Shown here: piece by piece, positions 16,665 to 28,474 of the stretch
Position numbering within the stretch: the stretch's first letter is position 1
Layout of the letters: each line of letters begins with the position of its first letter
Source: Octopus vulgaris
Lineage: Eukaryota
Direction: 5' to 3'
Assembly (NCBI GenBank): GCA_951406725.2
Contig: OX597831.1
Location: 40,300,001 to 40,364,000 of the forward strand
Length of the DNA stretch: 64,000 nt
Translations under genes and position numbers: made by a program
The notes under the pieces: model-generated
Told to the model about the DNA's origin: nothing
What the model saw: the letters and a program-made list of their open reading frames with translations, nothing else
The model's database searches: none

Positions 16665-16878
16665 GTTTCAAATCTTGACACAAGGCCAGCAATTGTGGGG
16701 AAGGGTAGAAGTCGGTTACATCGACCCCAGTACTCAACTGGTACTTATTTTATTGACTCCGAAAGGATGACCGGTAAAGTTGGCCTTGGGGGAATTTGAA
16801 CTCAGCACGTAAAGTCGGAAGAAATACCGCAAAATATTTTGTATCGCGAGGTCACAATTCTGCCAATTCGCTGCCCCT
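16665..16878 (-). mobile_element. SINE group B
   Basis: Reverse complement of the group B body (GGAATTTGAACTCAG). Confidence 0.75.
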
Positions 16879-16957
16879 ATAAATCCACATATTACACTAC
16901 AAACTTATGTATGTATGTATGTATGTATGTATGTATGTATGTATGTATGAATGAATG

Positions 16958-17325
16958 CTAAGTCACGCTTGGGCGCTCCTGGTAACATGTAACCCAGTGC
17001 AACCTGTTGTAATGTCGGATCGTCGGCGACTAAAGTGGCCACCCCATCAAGCTTACTTGGTGAGGATGTTGATTGTTGGATACACTACAGGACGAAAAAT
17101 AAGACCGTTCAAATGGCGGAAGAACGCATGAACAGTCAACGGTCATCCAACAACATGCGTACATGTGCATGTATGCACGGGGACGTGGAAATACTTGGGT
17201 TGGTGCCCAGGCGCACGGTTGTTAACCTTGGAGTGGGAGCTCCCCCCTCTGTTGTTGTCATAATATCTCACAAGGAGAGGAAAACTCTGAGAGAAAACCT
17301 GCAACACTGACGATATTCGATGATG
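16958..17325 (+). mobile_element. Probable 5' region of a LINE (RTE-like), split by a mariner element
   Basis: Leader shared with 51170-51310; followed by MRTCACMHGDVE, loosely like a decayed APE-endonuclease start; assignment tentative. Confidence 0.4.
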
Positions 17326-17327
17326 TA

Positions 17328-17893
17328 TTGGGTTGTCCAGAAAGTTCATGCCGATTTATAGTAGCTTATCTTTCGACTTATTTTAGAACATGGTTGAGTC
17401 CATAAAATAGGATTTGACTACACCTCCATTTAGAGCACAGTTTAAGCTATCTTTTCGTGGAAGAAGGTTTATGTTCCTATAACCTGTGTTAATTCTGTAA
17501 ACTTTTAAAATAGAAGATAAGAAAGTTCATTTTCGGCACTTGATACTTTGGGAACCAGACAAAAATTGTTGCAGCTCGGCTGGGATGTGTTACTCCACTT
17601 TCAATATTCACCGGATATTGCTCCTTCGAATTTCCACTTATTCAGGTCTCTGCAGAATAGTCTTAATGGTAAAAATTTCACTTCCTTGGATGGCATAAAA
17701 AGATACCTTGATGAATTCTTTGTTATGAAACCACCTCAATTCTGGGAAGAGGGTATTTTCAAGTTAAAGGAAAGATGGAGACGCATTGTGCAACAAATTG
17801 GTTCATATTTGGTTGATTAAAAATGTAATGACAAGTATTTATTGACCTTTTTCTTTCCTTTAAAAATCGGCATGAACTTTCTGGAAAGCCCAA
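17328..17893 (+). mobile_element. Internally deleted mariner DNA transposon
   Basis: TIRs TTGGGTTGTCCAGAAAGTTCATGCCGATTT / AAATCGGCATGAACTTTCTGGAAAGCCCAA with TA on both sides; LGWDVLLHFQYSPDIAPSNFHLFRSLQN...GIFKLKERW. Confidence 0.92.
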
Positions 17894-18639
17894 TAGTTCT
17901 TTTCGAGTTTATAATGTCCATGTTCAGAGAGTGGGATTCGATTTGTGCAAATCATTTCGCCACTATTAAAAAACATTATCATGCACAGACATCTCTTGAA
18001 GAAAAAATGTAAGACCTATCACAAAATGACTGATTGTAGCCTACGCTACAGGCGATGGCAATATTCGAACACGAGTTTCCAGCCATCATGTTTGTATGTA
18101 TGTATGTATGTATGTATGTATGTATGTATGTATGTATGTATGTATGTATGTATGTATGTATGTGTGTATGTGTGTGTGTATGTACGCATGCATGCATGTA
18201 TGCATGTATGCTTGTATATATGTGTGTATGCATGTGTGCTGAAAATTCGATCAATCAGGTTGTTGTGGGGTTAACAACGAACCTACGTTTACATGTACAC
18301 GAAATTTTAACATATTAGTGAAAATGTCACAAAATATTTTAAAATAAACTTGTCATTTGATTGATTGTTGGGATCATACAGAGTGAGCATTCATTTAAAA
18401 GTACGGTTAGTAGTGTAAGAGAGAAAAATAAAAACGTAAAATGAGAAATGGAAAAATCGAAAATTGAAACAGAAAAAAAAAGGAACAAATGAATGACAAA
18501 ATGGGAGAAAGAAAAGGAGTGTGAAAAATGGGAAGAATATGGAAGATATGATAAAATATACTGATTTATAAAATAACTGAATTAGCTATGTATATGGATT
18601 TTATATATTTTATACATATATGTATGTATGTATATATAT

Positions 18640-18676
<37 letters not shown>

Positions 18677-18703
18677 TATGTATATATACATAAATATATG
18701 CAT

Positions 18704-18760
<57 letters not shown>

Positions 18761-18817
18761 TGTACATACAGATATACATATAGAAATACATACACACACA
18801 CACCTATGTATATATAC

Positions 18818-18872
<55 letters not shown>

Positions 18873-18966
18873 GTATGTGTGAGTATAATATGTGTGTATA
18901 ATAATAAATGTGTCTACATATATATAGATATATACATTTACATACGTGCATTATTCTGTCTATCTA

Positions 18967-19041
<75 letters not shown>

Positions 19042-19179
19042 TGGGGGTGAGAGAGAGAAAGAGAGAGAGAGAGATTGACAAACAGATAAGTAAATAGATA
19101 CATAGATAGACAGAGAAAGAGATAGTTGTATAGATAGATAGGAAGATATACACATAAATACATACATACATACATACAT

Positions 19180-19250
<71 letters not shown>

Positions 19251-19644
19251 TATATATGCATATACATACGTATACGTATATACATACCTACGTACATACA
19301 TACAAACGTACATGCGTAGACGTAAATGAAAAGTACACGAACATGAGGGGTTATAATAAACAGGATTGAAAGAGAGAAATGGAAAAAATCTCAAGAAAAC
19401 CAAAAATGGCAGGCACTTGCATATACTAGAGAGACTTAAATAAAAATTTATATTCACAGTACATGTAAAAATAAGAGGAAAATGAAAAAAAAAAGTGCGA
19501 AAAAGAAGGTAAAGAAAAAGAAAGCGTACCAAAATCATTTTTCATATAAAAATATGATGGGGGGAGGGGTATATCTGTTTCTGTTTATGTATGTGCATGT
19601 TTTGTGTTTGTGTGTATGTGCGAGTGTGTATTGAATATATAAGA

Positions 19645-20715
19645 TACACGAAGTGGTATTATCGAAAAGTTCCCGAACTAGTTCTGTAGCGCGCCAACAG
19701 ATGGCAGCACACATTTGCATGTGCAGTGAGAGCTAGCAGTGACCTTCGTGAGGCAGTGGGCCGAGTGACCTCACTGCGTTTACTTCACAAGTTGTGAAAT
19801 TTATGTCTTTGTGATCACGTGTATACTGTAGTGTGGAGGCGCAATGGCCCTGTAGTTAGGGCAGCGGACACGCGGTCGGAAGATCGCGGTTTCGATTCCC
19901 AGACCGGGCGTTGTGTATGTTTATTGAGCGAAAACACCTAAAGCTCCACGACGCTCCGGCAGGGGATGGTGGCGACCCCTGTTGTACTCTTTCGCCATAA
20001 CTTTCTCTCACACTTTCTTCCTGTTTCTTGAGTAACGCTGCGATGGACTGGCGTCCCGTCCAGCTGGGGAGAACACACACGCCACAGAAACTGGGAAACC
20101 GGGCCCATGAGCCCGGCTAGGCTTGAAAAGGGCGCAGTAAATAAATAAATCAATAAATAAATAAATAAAATACTATAGTCCGTAATTTTATCATGGACAG
20201 AAGTTGTAACAGAACCAACGTGGGAAGTCTGCTATAAAGACATTGAGCCTGCTTCGGAAAGAATATGGCGATGAGGCAATTGCGTCGTAAGCAATGTTTC
20301 GAGGGGCATGGGCGTTTTAAAAGCGGAAAAACGTCCCCGGAAGGCGATGAGCGATCTGGAAGACGTGCCACGAGCGCCACCCCCGAAAATGTGGTATTGT
20401 GCATCAAGAATTCGTCCTCCAAGTCCAGACCTTCAATCATGAGGTCTACTGCGACGTTTCGAAATATTTGAGGTAGGACATTCTGCCTAAGAGACCGCAG
20501 CTATGGAGCGGGAACAACTGGAATTTTCACGGCTACAATATACCCTGTTACTGAGTTCCCCCTCACCCGGGAGTTTCTCACCAAATTCAACAAGATATCG
20601 TCTCCGCATCCACCCTAATTGCCAAATTAAGCGCCTGCAGACTTCCATCCAATGTAGTTCAAAGGTCACCGTTTTGACACCGTTGTCTAATTCACGAGCA
20701 CCAACGGATTAGTTA
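19645..20715 (+). mobile_element. Decayed mariner-family element, interrupted by a SINE; 3' end not found
   Basis: TA-CACGAAGTGG..AAAAGTTCCCGAAC terminus; QCFEGHGRFKSGKTSPEGDERSGRRATS resembles the mariner N-terminal domain. Confidence 0.75.
19833..20169 (+). mobile_element. SINE group C, full length, (TAAA)n tail, ~10-bp TSD
   Basis: tRNA-like head; flanks ATACTGTAGT (19823-19832) and ATACTATAGT (20170-20179). Confidence 0.9.
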
Positions 20716-20719
20716 AATA

Positions 20720-20931
20720 CTCTCTCTTTACTTGTTTCAGTCATTTCGGCTGCGACCATGCTGGAGCACCGCCTTTAGTCGAGCAAATCGACACCAGGAC
20801 TTATCCTTTGTAAGCCTAGTGCTTATTCTATCGGTCTCTTTTGCCGAACCGCTAAGTTACGGGGACGTAAACACACCAGCATCAGTTGTCAAGCTATGTT
20901 GGACGGCAACACACACACAATCATATACACA

Positions 20932-20980
<49 letters not shown>

Positions 20981-21078
20981 GACGGGCTTCTTTCAGCTTC
21001 CGTATACCAAATCCACTCACAAAGCTTTGGTCGGCCCGAGGCTGGCTATAGTAGAAGACACTTGCCCAAGGTACCACA
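20720..21078 (-). mobile_element. SINE group A, 5'-truncated, with internal (TA)n
   Basis: Reverse complement of 31945-32301. Confidence 0.88.
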
Positions 21079-21611
21079 ATACAGTATTTAACTAATGTGT
21101 TGGTTCTCGTAAAAAAAAAAAAGCTCCTTGGTGTATCAGGCTACGAATCGCATAGAATACATAATCCGGTACAATAGAAATACATTAGGAGTGTAAAAAT
21201 TATAAAGAGAGGAAGTATACGTTTATACATCAGGTAAAATTTATTTTACCATTGGATATCCATATTTAACTAAAATTGTTTCACAGCTTAATAACATAAA
21301 TAACTAATAATTCATTTTATTTTATCTTATGAGAAATAATAAATTATTTACCGATTTGTATAAGTATATATATATACATATATAATTAATTAATATAGGG
21401 TGGCAAAAAAAAAATTTTGTAGAATTTTTTTGCCACCAGCGGCCTAGTGGGAAAAAATTAAATAGTCATAGACCATTTATAAGTTCAACATCACAATCAA
21501 GGAACGGCCATAATAGGCCATTCACCCACTAGAAATAACAGCCAAAGCTTCAACCGCAAAATAACATTAATTCCGTAAACCAGGAGAAAATTAAAAAACA
21601 TTTACCCTGTA

Positions 21612-21718
21612 ATTTCTTATACGATGCACCGTTTCATCTACTGTTTAATGGTAAACTAACCTGATTAAATTAAATCAAGCCAATCTTCCATAGGCCCTTA
21701 GATTCCTCAGTAAGAAAT
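21612..21718 (-). ncRNA. Type I hammerhead ribozyme
   Basis: Reverse complement of 22875-22981. Confidence 0.88.
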
Positions 21719-22100
21719 AGCCAGAACGGAACAGATATTTTCACGAGGCATTTCTGTCCCTGCCTCGGCAATATCTGACCTAAAATTTTCAAATCATCGC
21801 ACTCGCGCCAAATTTATCGGCAGCAAATAAATATAAGCCGCCGATTCCATTACGGAATCAACCAGAAAATTCATAATTAATTAATATAGGGTGGTAAAAA
21901 AAATTTTGTAGAATTTTTTTGCCACCAGCGGCCTAGTGGGAAAAAATTAAATAGTCATAGACCATTTATAAGTTCAACATCACAATCAAGGAACGGCCGT
22001 AATAGGCCATTCACCCACTAGAAATAACAGCCAAAGCTTCAACCGCAAAATAACATTAATTCCGTAAACCAGGAGAAAATTAAAAAACATTTACCCTGTA

Positions 22101-22207
22101 ATTTCTTATACGATGCACAGTTTCATCTACTGTTTAATGGTAAACTAACTTGATTAAATTAAATCAAGCCAATCTTCCATAGGCCCTTAGATTCCTCAGT
22201 AAGAAAT
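22101..22207 (-). ncRNA. Type I hammerhead ribozyme (one substitution in stem III)
   Basis: As above, with GAAACTGTGCATCGTA in place of GAAACGGTGCATCGTA. Confidence 0.82.
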
Positions 22208-22874
22208 AGCCAGAACGGAACAGATATTTTCACGAGGCATTTCTGTCCCTGCCTCGGCAATATCTGACCTAAAATTTTCAAATCATCGCACTCGCGCCAA
22301 ATTTATCGGCAGCAAATAAATATAAGCCGCCGATTCCATTACGGAATCAACCAGAAAATTCATAATTAATCAATATAGGGTGGCAAAAAAATTTTGTAGA
22401 ATTTTTTTGCCACCAGCGGCCTAGTGGGAAAAAATTAAATAGTCATAGACCATTTATAAGTTCAACATCACAATCAAGGAACGGCCATAATAGGCCATTC
22501 ACCCACTAGAAATAACAGCCAAAGCTTCAACCGCAAAATAACATTAATTCCGTAAACCAGGAGAAAATTAAAAAACATTTACCCTGTAATTTCTTATACG
22601 ATGCACCGTTTCATCTACTGTTTAATGGTAAACTAACCTGATTAAATTAAATCAAGCCAATCTTCCATAGGCAAAAAAATTCTACAAATTTTTTTTTGCC
22701 ACCCTATATTGATTAATTATGAATTTTCTGGTTGATTCCGTAATGGAATCGGCGGCTTATATTTATTTGCTGCCGATAAATTTGGCGCGAGTGCGATGAT
22801 TTGAAAATTTTAGGTCAGATATTGCCGAGGCAGGGACAGAAATGCCTCGTGAAAATATCTGTTCCGTTCTGGCT

Positions 22875-22981
22875 ATTTCTTACTGAGGAATCTAAGGGCC
22901 TATGGAAGATTGGCTTGATTTAATTTAATCAGGTTAGTTTACCATTAAACAGTAGATGAAACGGTGCATCGTATAAGAAAT
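22875..22981 (+). ncRNA. Type I hammerhead ribozyme with extended stem II
   Basis: ATTTCTTA CTGAGGA ATCTA [long hairpin] TAGAT GAAAC GGTGCATC GTA TAAGAAAT: 8-bp stem I, 5-bp stem II base, GUA site at 22971-22973. Confidence 0.9.
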
Positions 22982-23363
22982 TACAGGGTAAATGTTTTTT
23001 AATTTTCTCCTGGTTTACGGAATTAATGTTATTTTGCGGTTGAAGCTTTGGCTGTTATTTCTAGTGGGTGAATGGCCTATTATGGCCGTTCCTTGATTGT
23101 GATGTTGAACTTATAAATGGTCTATGACTATTTAATTTTTTCCCACTAGGCCGCTGGTGGCAAAAAAATTCTACAAAATTTTTTTTGCCACCCTATATTG
23201 ATTAATTATGAATTTTCTGGTTGATTCCGTAATGGAATCGGCGGCTTATATTTATTTGCTGCCGATAAATTTGGCGCGAGTGCGATGATTTGAAAATTTT
23301 AGGTCAGATATTGCCGAGGCAGGGACAGAAATGCCTCGTGAAAATATCTGTTCCGTTCTGGCT

Positions 23364-23470
23364 ATTTCTTACTGAGGAATCTAAGGGCCTATGGAAGATT
23401 GGCTTGATTTAATTTAATCAGGTTAGTTTACCATTAAACAGTAGATGAAACGGTGCATCGTATAAGAAAT
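23364..23470 (+). ncRNA. Type I hammerhead ribozyme
   Basis: Same sequence as 22875-22981, 489 nt downstream; GUA at 23460-23462. Confidence 0.9.
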
Positions 23471-23587
23471 TACAGGGTAAATGTTTTTTAATTTTCTCCT
23501 GGTTTACGGAATTAATGTTATTTTGCGGTTGAAGCTTTGGCTGTTATTTCTAGTGGGTGAATGGCCTATTACGGCCGTTCCTTGATT

Positions 23588-23636
<49 letters not shown>

Positions 23637-23639
<3 letters not shown>

Positions 23640-23930
23640 TAATCCAAACGGGAAAACAGAAAAAACAACAACACAAGGAGGTGGAACAATTAAAGTATTA
23701 TTATTAGGCGCCCAGTATGACGTTTCGAGCGGAGCTCTTCGTCGGAAACATAAGAGAAAGAAAGATCCCGAGGTGGGCGAACGGAGGGAAAAAAAAACGC
23801 GACTGGTTTTTTACGAAGTAAACATGCTGAAAGGCCGGAAGTTTTGGACAACAGGGGCTGGTTTTTAAAGACAGAAGAGCGGAAAAAGGAAGGTTGGTAA
23901 CAACTCGATGAATGGGAAGAATAATGTGTA
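23637..23930 (-). mobile_element. Short minimal-HHR repeat; HHR motif at 23715-23749 with mutated core CCGACGA
   Basis: Minus strand gttt CCGACGA a GAGC tcc GCTC GAAAC GTC atac; homologous to 12861-13067. Confidence 0.65.
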
Positions 23931-24083
23931 TGTGTGAGTGTGTACGTGTGCGTGTGTGTATGTGTGTGTAAGGCGAGATAAAAAAATGTATATGTTAGTG
24001 CGTGCGTCTGTGTGTAATATATATATATATATATGGAAGCCTATAAGTATTTATAAAATCACAAGAATATATATATATATATG

Positions 24084-24155
<72 letters not shown>

Positions 24156-24164
24156 AATTATATA

Positions 24165-24480
24165 TAAAAAATACAAAATGGGACAAGAACGCAAAACACA
24201 CAAAGAGACGACACAAAAAACGGACGGGTCATTCGAAGCCTCTAATATTCAGTCAGGAACCGGATCATCTTCGCAATTTCGGCTGATTAATCCTGCGATC
24301 GCTCCGATCCGGTCAGCCCTAAGGAAAAAATAGGCTACGAGCATTAGATTTCTTGGAAAAAGGATCGAATGTATACGAAACAAGGACAGAAAAACGAACG
24401 ATGCCACACGAATATAAATACCAAAAACAAAAATAAAAATAAAAAACAAGAATAGTAATAACAGAACAAAAACAGCGGGT
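24165..24480. repeat. Unclassified (TA)n-flanked interspersed repeat
   Basis: Complex segment between TA tracts with an A-rich start like the other TA-abutting elements; single copy in this window. Confidence 0.35.
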
Positions 24481-24586
24481 GTCTTATATATACATATATA
24501 TATATGTGTATATACACACAAACATGCACACACACACACATATACGTATATATACAGGCACACACACGTACACTCACATACTCAAG

Positions 24587-24641
<55 letters not shown>

Positions 24642-25069
24642 ACATACATGGTCCCACATAGTTAATAGCGTACTAACACGCACAGTACGGCACCAGTACG
24701 TTTAGTGCTCTTTAATTGATTCTACATGAAACACCAGTACGCTGCGCTATGTTTTCAATTAGTAAATCAGGGAATAGGCTAAAACACGTAGTCCTAAACA
24801 TTTTCTATAATCAGAAATTATTGCTGGCATCTTTTGATGCTTTAATATGCACTTGTGTCAATGCGCCGACAACATTTTTTTCGGTATTTCCGCCAAAAGT
24901 ATTCGTGTAGTCCCTTTTCAGTTCCAGTTGGAGGATTGTGGCCATTCTGGAGCGTCACTCGCACAATTGCTACAGTTTGTAGAGTACTATTTGTGGAGTT
25001 AAATTTTGCTACGTGAGGAATTTAGATACAGCCGTTTGTATTGTATGTGTGTGTGTGTGTGTATGTTTG

Positions 25070-25111
<42 letters not shown>

Positions 25112-25321
25112 TACACAGAGGATTTAGTTACAGGATTTATTAGAATCTCTTGTTCATCATGTTAGCTGGTGAGCAGGCAATCTTCAAGTTTTACCATGCC
25201 TGTTTATCCATATTTAAAACTGACTGAGGATGGTGGATATAATTTATGAATGCGTCAATAAAATGCATCCGAAGCAGTAGATGTTAATCCCCACTTGTGT
25301 TCTTATACATACATACATACA

Positions 25322-25357
<36 letters not shown>

Positions 25358-25411
25358 TGCACATGCACACACACATATATATGTATATGAAGTGGCTATG
25401 AACATTACTTG

Positions 25412-25446
<35 letters not shown>

Positions 25447-25449
25447 TAT

Positions 25450-25525
<76 letters not shown>

Positions 25526-25624
25526 GTATAGATATAGACACATACACACACACACACATATATATATTTGTGTATATGGATGGATGGATGGATGATGGAT
25601 GGATGGATGTGTGGGTGGATGGAC

Positions 25625-25782
25625 GAACTAATGGATTGGCAAAAGAGATCGATAGAATAAGCACCAGGCTTTAAAAAAGTAAATACTGGGATCGAGTAAT
25701 TCGACAAAAAATTCTTCAAAGTGGTGCCCCAGTATGGCCGCAGTCTACCGCCTGAAAGGAGTAAAAGATACAAGATGAAAGA
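25625..25782 (+). mobile_element. SINE group A, 3' fragment
   Basis: GGCAAAAGAGATCGATAGAATAAG...GGTGCCCCAGTATGGCCGCAGTC. Confidence 0.7.
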
Positions 25783-25856
25783 TATTTATTTGCATATTTA
25801 TTTTGCTGGTCGCTGTAGTGTACAGTATATAGCATAAAATATGCTGCTCACCTTTT

Positions 25857-26130
25857 CAATACACCCGGCTCACTGGTGCACGGGAATGTGCAAAACCGGC
25901 GTTTCGACATGTTTTCTCTCGTCAGAAATACTTGTACCTTTGAGACAAAACGAAACCTCTCCTATGACAGATATAAGCACTGATCAGTTAACAATATATT
26001 CGCTGAAAATATAAACAAAGCCAGTGCCTTCGTTGAGGCTCAAGAGTTAGCGAGCTTGTGGCTGGCATGACACAAATTGTCGAATTATTGGTGCCCGAGA
26101 AACCCGTGCGCCAATGAGCCGAGCCTATTG
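25857..26130. mobile_element. MITE with ~28-bp terminal inverted repeats
   Basis: CAATACACCCGGCTCACTGGTGCACGGG versus the reverse complement of CCCGTGCGCCAATGAGCCGAGCCTATTG. Confidence 0.65.
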
Positions 26131-26660
26131 AGCACACACTCGTCGTAAAAAGAAAAACTTATTTCCTCATGATGTACATCTTTTGCGTCCGAACCTGTCT
26201 GAACGTATTAAGAATAAATATGCAGATATTGTTTCCAGAACTCGCTGTACACGGTGCAAATAGCGATATTTTTTTTTTATAAAGAAACATCACACAACAA
26301 AAGTAGCAATATTAATAGTATCAGAAAAGAGATTTAGAAAAGAGAAGAAAAGAGGAAACGGAGATACGAATAAGGAAAAAGCATGGGAGACAAACTGGAA
26401 CATGAAAAAGCCTGCTCATATCTCCTCCTTATGTCCACCCACCACTAAAATGTCGTCTGCTGCTATGAATCTGTCTATCGTCTGTTGTGTATGGTTATCT
26501 ACGTCCTACGTATTTATCTGTTTTCGTGTTCCAATTTTTTTTCTTCTTATCTCGCTTTACCGATTTTTGTTCGATTCTTTTTTCTTTTATATTCCTTCTC
26601 TTTTATTTCTGCCCTATATCACTTTCTGTAAAACAATATCAATATGTATATGTGTATATG

Positions 26661-26724
<64 letters not shown>

Positions 26725-26920
26725 TGTGCGTGCGTTTGAGTGTTTGCGTATATATACATATATATATATAATTACGTATATATCTGTAACTATATCTATA
26801 ATTAATAAGATGTATGTGTGTATGTGTCTAGATCTAATCCTTGATGCATTATTACACGCAAACACGATATCTGTCTATCTATCTATCTATATCTATCTAT
26901 ATCTCTCTCTATATATATAT

Positions 26921-26975
<55 letters not shown>

Positions 26976-27472
26976 TATAGACACACACACACTCACACAT
27001 ACACACACATATATATATATATATAATACATACATACATACATACATACATACATACATACATACATACATACATACATACATACATACAAGCACATCTA
27101 TATATATTGTACGTACATAAATATTTATTTGCGAACGAAAGAAATGATGATCAATACAAGTAGAGTTTATATTTATTAGCAATCGATCGACTGCGTGCGT
27201 ATATGTGCATGTGTGTTTATTTGAGTGAGTATGTATGTGCATACATGTGCATTAAATACATATGAAGGTTTAGTTATGCGTAATAATCAAGTTATTTCGT
27301 CGTTATCGAGTTGTCAGAACACGCCTTTGTATCAATGAAAACTTTGTCCACTAAGAGAACCCACAACCACACACATGCTTTCATACATACATACATACAT
27401 ACATACATACATACATACATACATACATACATACATACATACATACATACATACATACATACATACTTATAT

Positions 27473-28152
27473 ACACGAAGGGCAGCTGAATAGTTCCTGG
27501 CTTTTAAGGATGTCACCAAAGGACTCATCATCATCATTGTTCGACCGTGGTCGAGACAATGGAATTTACCATGCTACGCCAGACTTCACGGTCCACCATG
27601 GCATTACGGAGGTCCTCTTGCTGGATACCTGTATCCCTGGAGATTACATCAGGGTAGGAGAGTGTGCGCCCTCTGGTATTGCGAGTAGATGGCTTCCAGA
27701 GGGGAAGAGTAGAAATTACTTCTTTTTCAGCTCTACAACAATGACCAGCAAACTGGACTCTCCTACCTTTCACAAGAGATGACACAGGTGGTAGTTTCCC
27801 ATATATTTGCATTTTGGTTGGATGGCGCTTCCACGAGAGATTTTGAGCTCTCATAAGGAGGCGAGTGTAGGTTCCATCCAACCGCCTCTCAAGCTTCTTT
27901 GATAACGTCCAGGTTTCTGAGCCATATAGTAGAATTGGTTCGACTGTGGCTTTGAAGATTTCAAGTTTGAAGTCTCTACTTAGATTTGATGACCAAAGGA
28001 CTGGCTGGAGGCCCAACTTTCCGAGTTCTTTTACAGGGCTTAGAAAAACTGAAGGACCGCTGCAATAAGTGTGTGAATCTGAGAGAGGAATATGTTGAAT
28101 AAAATCATAATATACTGATCCTCCTGTATTTTCTTTTACCCAAAGCCAGGAC
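27473..28152 (+). mobile_element. Non-autonomous mariner remnant containing an RTE fragment
   Basis: TIR-like CACGAAGGGCAGCTGAATAGTTCCTGGCTTT / AAAGCCAGGACCTTTTTCAGCGCCCCCTCGTG; transposase C-terminus-like GLEKLKDRCNKCVNL. Confidence 0.7.
27525..28000 (-). mobile_element. 3' fragment of an RTE-clade LINE with a (TGA)n tail
   Basis: IFKATVEPILLYGSETWTLSKKLERRLDGTYTRLLMRAQNLSW...FAGHCCR...DREVWR then stop. Confidence 0.88.
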
Positions 28153-28474
28153 CTTTTTCAGCGCCCCCTCGTGGCTTTTCAGAGATGCTTCGTTTCAATC
28201 TACTCTCTTTTTCACAGATATGGTAACGACAAAGGTATGCTTCTTATTGTAGGTTTGCAGAGAGCTTACCATTCATTCTTACACATTCCTTCCTTTCATC
28301 ATGGATTTATTCATTGAGTATTTTGTCTTTATTGGCTACGACTAACGATAGTATGCAATAGATAACAGGCGTGGTAAGGTTACCGGTGTAGTTACCAGCA
28401 GCCGAACCATGTGACAGGATGGACTAGTTTACACATTACTAGCAGTACTAAGAGTTACCTGACATACATACATA

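Larger units (their letters stand above)
21382..23592. mobile_element. 489-bp HHR-bearing unit: ~2.6 tandem copies followed by ~1.9 inverted copies, (TA)n flanks
   Basis: Unit starts at 21382, 21873 and 22362; orientation flips at 22670-22672; inverted block runs to 23592. Confidence 0.93.

Noticed and set aside
24236-24295. Permuted GAAA...CTGAATA boxes on the minus strand
   Set aside because: Core is non-canonical and stems I and III cannot be drawn.
25893-25930. CTGACGA GA..TC GAAAC GCCG GTT on the minus strand inside a MITE
   Set aside because: Stem II has only 2 bp and stem I cannot form.
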